Virus record (IMG/VR): IMGVR_UViG_3300030329_004250
Location: 1-56,363 of that record
DNA from: a virus
Taxonomy: Duplodnaviria; Caudoviricetes
Direction: 5' to 3' (one strand)
Length of the DNA stretch: 56,363 nucleotides
This document shows positions 7,732 through 18,824 of this stretch, piece by piece; within the stretch, counting starts at the first letter, position 1, and every line of letters begins with the position of its first letter. The translations under genes and the position numbers were made by a program. The notes under the pieces were generated by a model that saw nothing but the letters and a program-made list of their open reading frames with translations, ran no database searches and was not told the DNA's origin.

Positions 7732-10700
7732 ATGGCTAACGATAGTATTCTGATCCAAGTACAGCTAGGTAGTCCCACTAAGGCCAATATTAATGCTGTA
7801 ACTAAGCAAATACAGAGTGCTCTTAGTAATGTTAGCGCAAATGTCCAGATTCAGAATGGCCGTCAAGCTGTACAGACTCTTCAGAATCTTAAAAGAGGAG
7901 CAGATAACGCTTCACGCTCTATGAATTCTTTTGGTGAAGCTATTGGTTTATCTGGTAGACGGTTTTTAGCTTTTACTTCCGCTGTTGCTGTAGTTGGTAG
8001 ATTGACATCTGCACTTTCTCAAGCAACTAGAGAAGCGATAAAGTTTGAAAGAGAATTTGTAAAATTAGCGCAGGTTTTTGATACAGATGTTAAATCGCTT
8101 GGTAGGCTGCAAAACTCCATGTCTGATTTAGCTCAAGAATTTGGGCTTTCAGCAACTGTTATTGCTAGGACTAGTGTTGTTCTTGCTCAATCAGGTTTGA
8201 CTGCTAGGCAAACTGAACAAGCTATGGCGGCACTTGCTAAAACCACATTAGCTTCTACATTTGATAATATAGCATCTACTACTGAAGGTGCTGTTGCTAT
8301 TATGGCGCAGTTTGGTACTCAAGCCAATCTATTAGAGTCTCAACTTGGTGCTATTAACGCCGTTTCTAAGAAATTCGCTGTTGAATCTGGAGACATCATC
8401 GAGGCGGTGAGACGGGCTGGTGGTGCCTTTAGAGCCGCAGGTGGTAACTTTGAAGATTTCATATCACTCTTCACTGCTGTTCGTAGTACGACTCGTGAAA
8501 GTGCTGAAACTATTGCCACTGGTTTTAGAACAATCTTTGCTAGAATTCAGCGTCCTAGAACTATTGAGTTTTTCCGGGAGTTGAATATTGAGCTTACTGA
8601 TGGCAAGGGCAACTTTATTGGAGCGTTTGAGGCTGTCAGAAGATTAAGTCAGGGTTTGCAACGTGCCGGTATTGAAGCTGGTAGTTTAAAATTTGCATCA
8701 GTTGTTGAACAGCTTGGTGGTATTCGTCAGGTCTCTCGTGTAATTCCATTATTGGGTGAATTTACAAAAGCTGAAAAAGCTAGACAAGTTGCTCAACGGG
8801 GTGCTGCATCATTAGATGCTGATGTCGCCAAGGCACAAGAAACATTAGCACAATCATTTGCTAGAACCACAGAAAACTTTAGGGCGTTGATCCGTGAGAT
8901 ATCACAGACTGCAAGTTTTCAAGCAATCGTTAGAATTGCTCTGGATCTTGCTAATGCATTTATTGAAGTTGCTAGATCGCTTAAGCCTTTAATACCTTTA
9001 ATTGCAACTTTTGCTGGATTTAAATTAAGTGGTCTGATTGGCGGCGCATTAAGGAAAGGTTTTGGTGGTGCTGGTGGTACTGGTGGACTTGGGCAGGGAT
9101 TTAATAGGGGTGGTTTTGTTCCAGGTACTGGCAATAGTGATACAGTGCCAGCGATGTTAACTCCGGGTGAGTTTGTTATTCGTAAGAGTGCCGTTCAGGC
9201 ATTTGGTGCGGAAAATTTGGCGGGGATTAATAAGTATGGTAATGGCGGTAAGACCGGCAAACAACGTACACGACGTAAACGGCGTACAAAACCTACAGAT
9301 CTTGGATCTGTTGGAATGATTGTTCCAAGACTTGGAAAAGATGGTAGGGATGCTACAGAAACCATTACTTTTAATAACAAAAAATTTGTAGCAGATGTTA
9401 AAGTTTCATCTGTCACTAAAAATTCTAGAAAATTTACATCAGAAGAACAAAAACTAGAGAATGCACTTAGTGATTCTGTTGATTCTTTTGGTCTTGACGA
9501 AGGCGCAAAAAGAAGTGTGATTGGAAAATCTAAAGCTGCATTAGGTCAGCTTTTTGAAGAAATAGTTGTTCAAACTGCCGGATTGAACAAACCTGGCTCT
9601 AATTTATTGGATATTCCGCGAGTTGCACGCAGTGGAATAAATAAAATCATACGTGATCCTTTAAGTAACGTCACTTCAGCAGATATTAAAAGAGCAAATA
9701 ATCAAAAAAATAGAAAAGATGTTGTAAGGAAAATAGCACAAGCTAGATCACCTAAAAAGAAAGCCGCAGGGGGATCAATTTCTGGAACAGATACAGTCCC
9801 CGCTCTGCTAACCCCCGGCGAATTTGTAGTCAATAAGCAATCAGCTAAATCTTTTGGTTATGGAAATCTAAGGAAAATCAATAAGTACAATAAAGGCGGG
9901 GTTGTACAAAAATTTCAAAATGGAGGTACTGTTGCTGAAGGCGATGGTGGTTTTTTTCAATTTCCAAAAGTTGATGATAAACCATTTAAAGTTGTTGGAA
10001 AGACAATGCAACAGCAAAATGAGGAACTAAAAAAGAATATAAAAACACAGAAAGCCCAAACACAAACAATTGAGAATAAGACAAAGAAACAAAAACAATC
10101 TTCAAAAGAAATAGGTGATAGTTCGGGCAAGTTGATTGCTTTATCTCTTGGTATAGAAACTCTATCAACGGCATTTGCGGATCAAGAAAGTGCAACAGGG
10201 AGAATTATATCTACATTAAGTACTATGGTTTCTACACTGATAGCTGTTGAAGCTGCACTAGGAGTATTTGGTCTTAGTTTAAAAACACAGGCTGTTTCTA
10301 ACTTTATAGGCTCAATTCCTGGAGCGGGTGTATTTAAGAGCCTTGGTAAGAATTTAAAAGGTTTTGGTGCAACCCTAAAAAGCGGTCTTTCTAGAGGTTT
10401 CAAATTTGGTGGCAAGGGCTTTATCGCTGAAGGCGCAAAACAAGCTACTGTTAAAGCTGGTGGTAGACTTGGTGGTGCTGCATTTAGAGTTGGCGCAATT
10501 GGTAAACAATTGGCTCCATTTGCAAAAGGATTAGCGGTAGCAACTTTAGTGACGAAAGCATTTACAAGTGTCGTTGATGCCGGAAGAGGAATTGAAAAAA
10601 ATAAACAAGATGCTATTAAAGCGGGAAATGTTGAACAAGCAAAAGCCGCTGCTACCACCTCTGAAGCTGCTCGTGGAGCAAACAACCTTGCAGTGGCGGC

Positions 10701-13700
10701 GGTTAGTATTGGTTCGGTTCTTGGTGGTCCTTTCGGTGCAGCCCTTGGTGGTGTTGTTGGTGGTTTGGGAAAGGTGGCAGAGACATTTGGGCTTGTTGAT
10801 GAGTCGTTTTTTATAGACGTTCAAAATGGTTTAAGCACTCTTTCATTAGGGCTGATAGGCAGTGCGGATGAGGCTATTGAGCAAGCTAGGGTTGCGGCAC
10901 AAGCCAATAAAGCATTGGCTGGACTGGCTGAAGTTTCTACTACAACTCAAAATGCTCTCGAAGACTATGAAGCTGGGTTGATAGGTTCTAATCAAGTGTT
11001 GGCACAAGGTCAGGGACTACAAATAGGTAAAGCAGCTAAAGCACTTGAAGATGCCGGTAAAGAACTAGAACCAAGTAAGGTTAGAACTTTCTTTGCCAGT
11101 TTCGGCCTTGCCGATACTAGTGCTGGAACTGTTGGTTCAAAAGAAAATATTGAAAAATTAACGCAAGGGCTAGAGGAATCAATGGCCAGTTTGCGCCCAG
11201 CATTTGATATTATACAAAAGGAGGTTATTGAATCAGGCGGTAGCTTTGGAGATTTTCAAGATGCAGTGAAAAAACAATTTATTGAGGGGGCTATTGCCAA
11301 AGGCGGTAAAGAACGAGACGGAATAAAATCATTTAACGAGTTTATGAAAACCGAGACAAGAGAAAGATCGCAGAGTTTTAAGAGGGCGCAGGAGATTGCG
11401 CGGACTGAGTTAGCCGCAAAGAAGAAAGCATTTTTACTAGTAGAAAAAGAAAATCAGGAAAAACGAAGACAGATAGCTATTTTCGCAAAACAAAATGCAT
11501 TATTGAACAGTTTAAATGCCACGGTTAATTCACTTACTTTATCAGCACAAAAATCTGCCGATGCACTGGCTAATGTGAAAGCTGCGGCTGATTTAACAGC
11601 GACTTCTACTTTTGGAGCTTCTGGTGCTGAACAGTTGGGTGATATTACAAATATTGTTGATCCGCAGAAATTTAGTCAAGCTTTAGGTAAAGCTGTATCA
11701 TTAGGTTTTGATCCAAGTTCTGCAAGACAAGTTGCTGCTGGAGCGCGTGCATCGGAGGCTATAAAACGTCCTGGTGGAATCGCATTTCAGAGTAGACGGA
11801 ATATTCAAGGTTTTGTTCAAAGAACAACTCAAGATCCGGCAATTCAAGCTAGTATTAATGAACAATTGGATAAGCTACAGAAGGATGTAGATGAAAGAAA
11901 TAAACAGGCTAGAGAAGCTGGCCTAGCTGAAACAGCCGTAGTTGATCCAAGAGATGTTCAGAAAATATTGGAAGATAATCTTGTAAAACCATCACAAGAA
12001 GCAGCAAATAAAATGGCCGAAGGATTAAAGGCCAATGCGGAAAGGTTGAACAATTTTGCTGCCTCATTAGATGTTTATGCTGATTCTATCAATAAAGTTA
12101 GAGCATCTCAAAGAGAACAGCTAGAATCTCAAATCGATTTTGCCAGAAGATTAAAAGAAGCTACTGGAGGAAAAAGATCCAAGAGCGATCTTGTAAGAGA
12201 AGCTAGAGCTAGACAGACTCAAACATTAGGAGGTCAAACTACTTTTCAAGGGCAAAGCTTAATTAATAATCCAAAATTAGTTGGGCAAGCTATAAGGAAA
12301 TTGCAGAAAGAAATTAATGAGCGGGGTAAAGCCATACGTGCTGGTGTTGGAGATGAACAACTTGCGACATTGCAGAAAAGTCAACAAGAAAGATTAAAAG
12401 ATCTTAATAAGGCACTAGATGAACAAGTTGATGCGTTAAAAGATTTCAAAGATGTTCTACTTGAAGACGTAAAATTAGCAAAACAAAAACAAGACCAAGC
12501 AAAAGAAGAATTGAAAAATCTTCTTCAAAAGAATGTGGCACAAAGGAAAGAAGGTGTTAATGTTGAAGTAGCTACCACTGGTTTTCTGAAAGGTGTTTTT
12601 GATAAACGATTACTTACAACGGGTGGATTAGCTGGTGCAGCACAGGCAAGAGGTCTGTCTGGTGAACAGGCTGAAACTTTAGAAAAACAGCGGCAGTTAG
12701 TTGTTGCAAATCTTGAAAAGTTAGCCGCTGCTGACGACAAACGCGCACAAGCACTATTAAAAGGTCTGAAGAGTGAAGAACTATTTCAAGACATAAGGGC
12801 AAAATTGATAGGAGAAGAACTTTTACAAGCAAAAGACAAACGCTTAACGGTAGCTAAATTAAAAGAAATTGATAAAGACGCTAGAAAACAAGCAAAAGAG
12901 CAACTTGATATAGCTCAAGGTAAAGGTGTGCAAAAGGCGGCAGACAGGGCTAAGGTAGGTCAAGAATTCTTGGGCCAAGCTCAAGGGGTAAAAACGGACA
13001 CTAAACGGGGACAGTCAGACATAGTATTACGGGAAACTCAAACACGGGATGTACAACAAAAGCAAGCTAGGACCGCTGAAGAAGCTGCTAAGGCTGGTAA
13101 GGCTAATGCAGCCACCATGAAGCGGACTGAAAAAACCAATAGAAGAGGATTTTCAAATAGCGTAAAAACCACAGAACGAGCCAATAGGGAAGCGAGTCAA
13201 AGGGTGGCGGGAGGTGTGTTTACTGTTGGTGCAAGACAAGTCGAAGGAGATGACCGTCGTGAAGATCTTCTTGAAGATATTAGTGCGAAGGATCTTCTTA
13301 CAGATATTAGAGATAGAGCTATAGAGATTAGAGACAATGTACAAATAGGATTTGTTACTTTAGCTCAACTTTTTCAAACAGATGGGAAAATGCTTGTTAC
13401 AGATAAAGGAACACATGTTTTAATCACAGCCCTGGGCCGCGCACAAGGAAATAATCCCGCTCAGTTTCAAAACTTACAGAATGCGATTCGAAGTCTTCAA
13501 CAGGCCGGTCCTGGAGCGGCTGGTATTCAACAAGGTCTTCTAACATACAACAGAGGTGGTGTTGTCTATGCTAACGAAGGCACATTAGTAAATTACCAAC
13601 CAAAAGGTACTGACACTGTACCAGCAATGTTAACCCCCGGCGAATTTGTTATAAGAAAATCATCTGTTGATAAATATGGCACAGGAATGATGAAAGCTAT

Positions 13701-14103
13701 CAATAGTGGTAGCTTTGCAAACGGTGGTAAGGTCAATTATTTACAGGGTGGTGGTAATGCATTGTTTAGACCGGGACTAGTTACTGCTACTACTCAATTA
13801 TTATCAGAAAGTGTCAGAAACTTTGGTTCATTTTTAAGTGGCGGCAGTTTAGACAACTTTGCATCATCTGTCAATACACTAGTTAGTTCAGAAGGTTTTG
13901 GTGCATTTTCTCAAGCAGTAAATAAATTCGAGGAAATACCAAAAGACTTTACTATGACTGTAGCTCCAACACAAGTTACTGTTAGTATAAATGGCGCAGA
14001 AATACTAGCACAAATTATGCCCGAAATTCAAAGTGAAATTTTAAGTCAAACTAGTTTTAAAATTGAAGAGTTTAGGCAGCAACTTAAGAGCGGGGATGTA
14101 TAA
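7732..14103 (+). CDS. tail tape measure protein
   Basis: 2123 aa, Ala/Gln/Lys-rich and helical; N-terminal TP901-type region (RESAETIATGFRTIFARI); three DTVPAxLTPGEFV motifs. Confidence 0.9.
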   Translation: MANDSILIQVQLGSPTKANINAVTKQIQSALSNVSANVQIQNGRQAVQTLQNLKRGADNASRSMNSFGEAIGLSGRRFLAFTSAVAVVGRLTSALSQATREAIKFEREFVKLAQVFDTDVKSLGRLQNSMSDLAQEFGLSATVIARTSVVLAQSGLTARQTEQAMAALAKTTLASTFDNIASTTEGAVAIMAQFGTQANLLESQLGAINAVSKKFAVESGDIIEAVRRAGGAFRAAGGNFEDFISLFTAVRSTTRESAETIATGFRTIFARIQRPRTIEFFRELNIELTDGKGNFIGAFEAVRRLSQGLQRAGIEAGSLKFASVVEQLGGIRQVSRVIPLLGEFTKAEKARQVAQRGAASLDADVAKAQETLAQSFARTTENFRALIREISQTASFQAIVRIALDLANAFIEVARSLKPLIPLIATFAGFKLSGLIGGALRKGFGGAGGTGGLGQGFNRGGFVPGTGNSDTVPAMLTPGEFVIRKSAVQAFGAENLAGINKYGNGGKTGKQRTRRKRRTKPTDLGSVGMIVPRLGKDGRDATETITFNNKKFVADVKVSSVTKNSRKFTSEEQKLENALSDSVDSFGLDEGAKRSVIGKSKAALGQLFEEIVVQTAGLNKPGSNLLDIPRVARSGINKIIRDPLSNVTSADIKRANNQKNRKDVVRKIAQARSPKKKAAGGSISGTDTVPALLTPGEFVVNKQSAKSFGYGNLRKINKYNKGGVVQKFQNGGTVAEGDGGFFQFPKVDDKPFKVVGKTMQQQNEELKKNIKTQKAQTQTIENKTKKQKQSSKEIGDSSGKLIALSLGIETLSTAFADQESATGRIISTLSTMVSTLIAVEAALGVFGLSLKTQAVSNFIGSIPGAGVFKSLGKNLKGFGATLKSGLSRGFKFGGKGFIAEGAKQATVKAGGRLGGAAFRVGAIGKQLAPFAKGLAVATLVTKAFTSVVDAGRGIEKNKQDAIKAGNVEQAKAAATTSEAARGANNLAVAAVSIGSVLGGPFGAALGGVVGGLGKVAETFGLVDESFFIDVQNGLSTLSLGLIGSADEAIEQARVAAQANKALAGLAEVSTTTQNALEDYEAGLIGSNQVLAQGQGLQIGKAAKALEDAGKELEPSKVRTFFASFGLADTSAGTVGSKENIEKLTQGLEESMASLRPAFDIIQKEVIESGGSFGDFQDAVKKQFIEGAIAKGGKERDGIKSFNEFMKTETRERSQSFKRAQEIARTELAAKKKAFLLVEKENQEKRRQIAIFAKQNALLNSLNATVNSLTLSAQKSADALANVKAAADLTATSTFGASGAEQLGDITNIVDPQKFSQALGKAVSLGFDPSSARQVAAGARASEAIKRPGGIAFQSRRNIQGFVQRTTQDPAIQASINEQLDKLQKDVDERNKQAREAGLAETAVVDPRDVQKILEDNLVKPSQEAANKMAEGLKANAERLNNFAASLDVYADSINKVRASQREQLESQIDFARRLKEATGGKRSKSDLVREARARQTQTLGGQTTFQGQSLINNPKLVGQAIRKLQKEINERGKAIRAGVGDEQLATLQKSQQERLKDLNKALDEQVDALKDFKDVLLEDVKLAKQKQDQAKEELKNLLQKNVAQRKEGVNVEVATTGFLKGVFDKRLLTTGGLAGAAQARGLSGEQAETLEKQRQLVVANLEKLAAADDKRAQALLKGLKSEELFQDIRAKLIGEELLQAKDKRLTVAKLKEIDKDARKQAKEQLDIAQGKGVQKAADRAKVGQEFLGQAQGVKTDTKRGQSDIVLRETQTRDVQQKQARTAEEAAKAGKANAATMKRTEKTNRRGFSNSVKTTERANREASQRVAGGVFTVGARQVEGDDRREDLLEDISAKDLLTDIRDRAIEIRDNVQIGFVTLAQLFQTDGKMLVTDKGTHVLITALGRAQGNNPAQFQNLQNAIRSLQQAGPGAAGIQQGLLTYNRGGVVYANEGTLVNYQPKGTDTVPAMLTPGEFVIRKSSVDKYGTGMMKAINSGSFANGGKVNYLQGGGNALFRPGLVTATTQLLSESVRNFGSFLSGGSLDNFASSVNTLVSSEGFGAFSQAVNKFEEIPKDFTMTVAPTQVTVSINGAEILAQIMPEIQSEILSQTSFKIEEFRQQLKSGDV

Positions 14104-15647
14104 TGCCGGTATCAATATCAAAAGATGATGGGGTCACAAAAAATTTATTAGTACCCGCTCCTACTGTTACTTTCTCCAAAGCCTATTTAAAAACAGGTGA
14201 TGGTGGGGTCATTGGGGCGGATTATACTATAAATCTTACAGGACAGTTGCTGGATAATAAAGGCACCCCCGTATCAACCGGTAGTTCTCCAAGTGTAGCA
14301 CATGCAACCGGTGGTGTTTATTCCACGCAATCTCCAGATGATGATCCAGTAAATAGCGATATTGATACAAGTAATCAATTAACATCTATCATGAAGAAGC
14401 AAGAACTTCTTCGTAGCGCATTTGCCACTGGCAATTGTATCTTAATTGAAATAACCGGCTACAATGAGTCGAAAGGTATTAAAGCTTATTGTGATGTAGA
14501 AAATATCGATTTTGATGATCAAAGTCGTTGGACCAATCGATGTGGTTACACTATTACTTTAAAAGTAGTAAGGTTTACTGAATCCTCGGCCAGCGCATTT
14601 TCTGCAAACTCCACGGAAGATAACTTTACATGGTACGTTAATTCCGCTGATGAGTCATGGTCAATACAGGAAAATGATCAATTTCATGCAACATTTACTG
14701 GTAGCTCAATTGGCGATATTAAACGTCTTTATACACTAACGCATAATGCGAGTGCTGTTGGACAAAGAGTGTGTGCAAGTGGTGGTTTTGCGGATGGCTA
14801 CTCACCTTGGCAGCAAGCTAGTGGCTATGTCCATAATATAATCGGTATTGGTACAACGAATGCTCCTAGTGGATACCTAGACCCATTAAATACTATGGGT
14901 TATTTGCCATACAATCATAAATTTACAGAAAATATTGATAACAATGCTGGAAGTTATTCAGTATCTGAAGAATGGACTTTATTTGAATCTGGCGCAATTC
15001 CTGCTGTAGAAGATGTATCATTTAATGTTGATACTGATTTAGGTGGTATTTCAAGACTCAGTATTAATGGAACAATTCAAGGTTTAGCGGAAAGTGGTTC
15101 GACATTTGAAAATACCGATAAATACTCTAATGCGCTCAATTACTATAGCACAAACTGTAATGACACTCAAGTGCTTTTGAGGGCAAGTGGTGTGTCAGGA
15201 CTTAGCTGTTTAAATTCCGCATCAGCATCTAAAGCGATTGGTTATAATCCAAATGCCGGAACTGTTACATATGCTTTAACTTTTGATGAAAGAATAGGAG
15301 CAACTATAGGCAATGCATTGACAGAAGATATACAAGTTAGTGATATTTACCCCGGACAATTGATAAGTATTACGCCGGTTATCGGTAGAAGTCAACCTAT
15401 TATACAGTATGTTAATTCAAGAAGTGAATTTAAGAAGACATTACAAATTAGTGCGCAAATGAAAAGAAGTAGCTGTAGTGCTTTTCATCAGCCACTTACT
15501 GCGGATATACAATCAATATACAATAGCTATGTTCCAACAAGTGTTGCAGTAGCTGGAAAAGTTTTTTATGGACCGCCAAATGAAAGCTGGAATCCATCAA
15601 CTGGACAGTACAGTTATTCTGTCGAATGGACTTATGAGAGAGCATAA
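14103..15647 (+). CDS. putative distal-tail/baseplate protein
   Basis: 514 aa directly after the tape measure; repeated ESW...YS.S.EW beta motifs. Confidence 0.55.
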   Translation: MPVSISKDDGVTKNLLVPAPTVTFSKAYLKTGDGGVIGADYTINLTGQLLDNKGTPVSTGSSPSVAHATGGVYSTQSPDDDPVNSDIDTSNQLTSIMKKQELLRSAFATGNCILIEITGYNESKGIKAYCDVENIDFDDQSRWTNRCGYTITLKVVRFTESSASAFSANSTEDNFTWYVNSADESWSIQENDQFHATFTGSSIGDIKRLYTLTHNASAVGQRVCASGGFADGYSPWQQASGYVHNIIGIGTTNAPSGYLDPLNTMGYLPYNHKFTENIDNNAGSYSVSEEWTLFESGAIPAVEDVSFNVDTDLGGISRLSINGTIQGLAESGSTFENTDKYSNALNYYSTNCNDTQVLLRASGVSGLSCLNSASASKAIGYNPNAGTVTYALTFDERIGATIGNALTEDIQVSDIYPGQLISITPVIGRSQPIIQYVNSRSEFKKTLQISAQMKRSSCSAFHQPLTADIQSIYNSYVPTSVAVAGKVFYGPPNESWNPSTGQYSYSVEWTYERA

Positions 15648-15649
15648 AT

Positions 15650-18600
15650 ATGACAAGTAGAACAGTCATAGGTACAGATACTGCTGTAGCCAATCCAAAT
15701 ATTGGTACTCAAACTTTTATGGGGGGAACAGTTGTTGATTTTAGTTGTAATTCCAGTTGGGATTCTCAAGGGGCAACTTTGACAGTTAACTTAATAGAAG
15801 ATAGTAGCGAAGGACAGAGAATTGATAAAGACGCAGTTGTTGGTCAACCGAGATATTTTGAAATATTTGACGGTAGTAATAATTTAGTTTTTTCATTTTA
15901 TGGTATTTTAAAAAGCATAAATAGATCAGTAAGTGCAAATGGAGAAAGAAGATATTCCGCGACACTACAATCACCAAGTATTCTTTTAGAAGCTGCCTCA
16001 ATTATTACAGATCATTATGCTGGTCCTGGTGATGCCACAGAAGCCGTTGCACCAAATACTGCTACTAGTTTAGAATTTGGTCATATAAATAGTAGTATAA
16101 ATCCAGCCAATATTTACAATTTATTAAACCCGTTTGGTGTTTTTGAAAATGATGACTTTGGATTATCCACACCTAAAGGGTTTGGTGCGGCCCAGGTAAA
16201 TGACGAAGGTATTAGAATTGATAGATTCGTTGCCGCCATCGATGCGTTAATTAATGGTAGTAGTGTAGCAAACCCTCAGCTTGGTAGGCCAATACAGTAT
16301 GGTGCAAGTGCATGGGGTGGTTCAGTGTCACCTTATTATTATACATTTGACATTTATGGTTTTGTAAATAGCATATCATCGTATATACCAAATGACTATC
16401 GGGTTAAATCTACTACTTTAATGGATTTTGTTGCAGAGTTGTGTGATGAAATTAATTTTGTTTATATGGTTGATTTGAAAAAACCATCGGGAAAAGGTAA
16501 TGCTGCTATAGTTGGCCCATTTGGTTCGGCTAATCCCTACTCATCAGCATCAGAAGGAGTTGGTATTTTTGGTGGTGAGATATTTATTATCACACAGAAT
16601 AGAAACGTGTATGGGGCTACTAAGTTTCCATTATCATATCAAATAATCCGTAGAGAAGTTTCAGATAAGGCTGGTGCTGGTGGCGCTTCAACTTCATTCT
16701 CAACAGCCTTTACTGTAGGTTTTGGTGGTAATGATTTACCGTTAGACTTTTCATGGGCTGGTGCAGATAGTCATCCAGATGGACCTCCTAACGCAACATC
16801 GCCATTTGGTGGGGAATATCCTTACGAAGATATTGATCAAGATAATCTAGAAAGATACACAAGCACTAGTTTAGATGTTTCATTAAATGAAAGCGCTGTT
16901 GGCGGCAAAGTTGTTGTTGGTGGATTTCAATCTAGAATTGGTTTTGTTCCGTATGGTGCTGTAGATAACGAGAATGTTTACCAATACTGGGGCGAAATAA
17001 AAAGATTAAACGAATTTGGTTCTAACGCAAGTGCGACAGATACTGCATCAAGATCTGTGCCGGTAGTAACAAAACATCTTGCTGGTAATGACTTAAGAGA
17101 TCTAATAATGCTTGATTGCCAGGATCTTCTTGGTAATACAAATGTGGCCCACGCATTTAGGAAGGGTATCTATGTCGCAAGTATGTTAGAAGTAAGATAC
17201 GCAATGACAAGCTATGAAGCTTGGATGTTTTTTATGACAACAACTAAGCCTCAAAAACTAGATGGAATCTTTGCGGCATTTAATCAAACATATAATGAAA
17301 TAAAAGCAAGAATTTTTAATGGGGATGGTTCCCTAACGTATGCCGGAAAAGCATATACAGCAGGAGCTTTAACAACTTTAGCTTCTTTCAATACTTCATC
17401 GTTTAATATATCTTCCGACTACATTGATTGTTCTGCCGGAATAAATGCAACGGCTTCTATGCTTAACATAGAACATGAAATGTTTTTACAAAAATTACAC
17501 GCAAAAATTAAAGCTATGGGTGATGAACATTATGGGAGAAGCTGGTTGGTGAAACAACCGGCATTTACTACTAAGCTGGATCAAAATGAAGAATCAGTCA
17601 TAGGCGACTTTGTAAAATCTTGGGAGCTATCGGATGATGCATACTTGGAACCAGTTAATTTTTCAGCCTATGAAGCGCCCCAAAGTCCATATTTTGTTAG
17701 TAATGGTAGAATAAAAGCATATGTAAACTACGATGCGCATTTCTCAAACTCACTAGTTCACGGTGGTAATACTGTAAACTATAACTTTAAAGAATACTTC
17801 GGAGAAAAATTTGGACAAACCCAAATTGGTAGTGATTACATATTTCATTTCTTTACAGATGTAAAAAAAGAGTATATATTTTTACCAACAAATTATTTTA
17901 CCAACTATGATGAAGGTCTTGTTTCATCAATTGTAAACTCAGCCGGTAAGGTTACAAATCTAGCTAATATGGTTGGTATAGATAGTTCGACAACAGAAGA
18001 TATGGTAGATTATCTTATGGGGGCTGGAGATCCTTTCTGGGTAAAAACCAACTATGACTCACTTGGTAACGCTGTTAGTACTACTAATATGTATTCAATA
18101 AGTGATCAGGGTATCAGTATGGCTCCATACGCCTTGTGTAAAACAAAATTTGTTGGAGAGCCATTATTAACTGGTTCTGTTAGTAGTTCAATTGATCCTA
18201 ATTATGAAAATTATTCTATTGATAATTTGTTATCAGCGGCACAAATGTCGTGTAGTGCAAATAAAGCTCGTCAAGCAAATGTTGGTGGATCTTCGAGTTT
18301 CTCTACTAAACCACATCCTATATCTGTGGCTCCGAGATCATTTGGTATACCGCAACAATCAAATAGATTTGTATACGGTCCTTGGATTACAAACAGTATC
18401 AAACTTGATTATGCCACTAGAGTTGAGTATGAACAGGATGATAATTTAGTACCGGAAAATTATATCATACCTTCAACAGTAACTATTGGTGGAACGGCAA
18501 CTACTTTAACTTCCGGTTTGGGTGGTTTAAATACTGTTGGTCAAGCAAAAGCAAATACTATAGATAATTTTGATTATTTATTTACTGAACAAGGTAGTGT

Positions 18601-18823
18601 AACTCAGCCCGGATTGCCAGCAGTTACTAATTTGGCGGTTTCTTTGCTTTCTAATGGACCATTAGTATCTGATATATCAGTAAACATTTCTGCTACAGAT
18701 ATAACCACAAATTACTCTATGAAAACATTTGCACCTAAACTTGGACGAACTAATAAGAGAATAATTGATCAACTAGGAAAACTGGGTAAAAGAATTAATT
18801 CTATCGCTAATCTGGTGAAATAA
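15650..18823 (+). CDS. putative tail hub/tip protein
   Basis: 1057 aa; N-terminal TLTVNL...FYGIL..I pattern typical of hub proteins; position. Confidence 0.55.
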   Translation: MTSRTVIGTDTAVANPNIGTQTFMGGTVVDFSCNSSWDSQGATLTVNLIEDSSEGQRIDKDAVVGQPRYFEIFDGSNNLVFSFYGILKSINRSVSANGERRYSATLQSPSILLEAASIITDHYAGPGDATEAVAPNTATSLEFGHINSSINPANIYNLLNPFGVFENDDFGLSTPKGFGAAQVNDEGIRIDRFVAAIDALINGSSVANPQLGRPIQYGASAWGGSVSPYYYTFDIYGFVNSISSYIPNDYRVKSTTLMDFVAELCDEINFVYMVDLKKPSGKGNAAIVGPFGSANPYSSASEGVGIFGGEIFIITQNRNVYGATKFPLSYQIIRREVSDKAGAGGASTSFSTAFTVGFGGNDLPLDFSWAGADSHPDGPPNATSPFGGEYPYEDIDQDNLERYTSTSLDVSLNESAVGGKVVVGGFQSRIGFVPYGAVDNENVYQYWGEIKRLNEFGSNASATDTASRSVPVVTKHLAGNDLRDLIMLDCQDLLGNTNVAHAFRKGIYVASMLEVRYAMTSYEAWMFFMTTTKPQKLDGIFAAFNQTYNEIKARIFNGDGSLTYAGKAYTAGALTTLASFNTSSFNISSDYIDCSAGINATASMLNIEHEMFLQKLHAKIKAMGDEHYGRSWLVKQPAFTTKLDQNEESVIGDFVKSWELSDDAYLEPVNFSAYEAPQSPYFVSNGRIKAYVNYDAHFSNSLVHGGNTVNYNFKEYFGEKFGQTQIGSDYIFHFFTDVKKEYIFLPTNYFTNYDEGLVSSIVNSAGKVTNLANMVGIDSSTTEDMVDYLMGAGDPFWVKTNYDSLGNAVSTTNMYSISDQGISMAPYALCKTKFVGEPLLTGSVSSSIDPNYENYSIDNLLSAAQMSCSANKARQANVGGSSSFSTKPHPISVAPRSFGIPQQSNRFVYGPWITNSIKLDYATRVEYEQDDNLVPENYIIPSTVTIGGTATTLTSGLGGLNTVGQAKANTIDNFDYLFTEQGSVTQPGLPAVTNLAVSLLSNGPLVSDISVNISATDITTNYSMKTFAPKLGRTNKRIIDQLGKLGKRINSIANLVK

Positions 18824-18824
18824 T

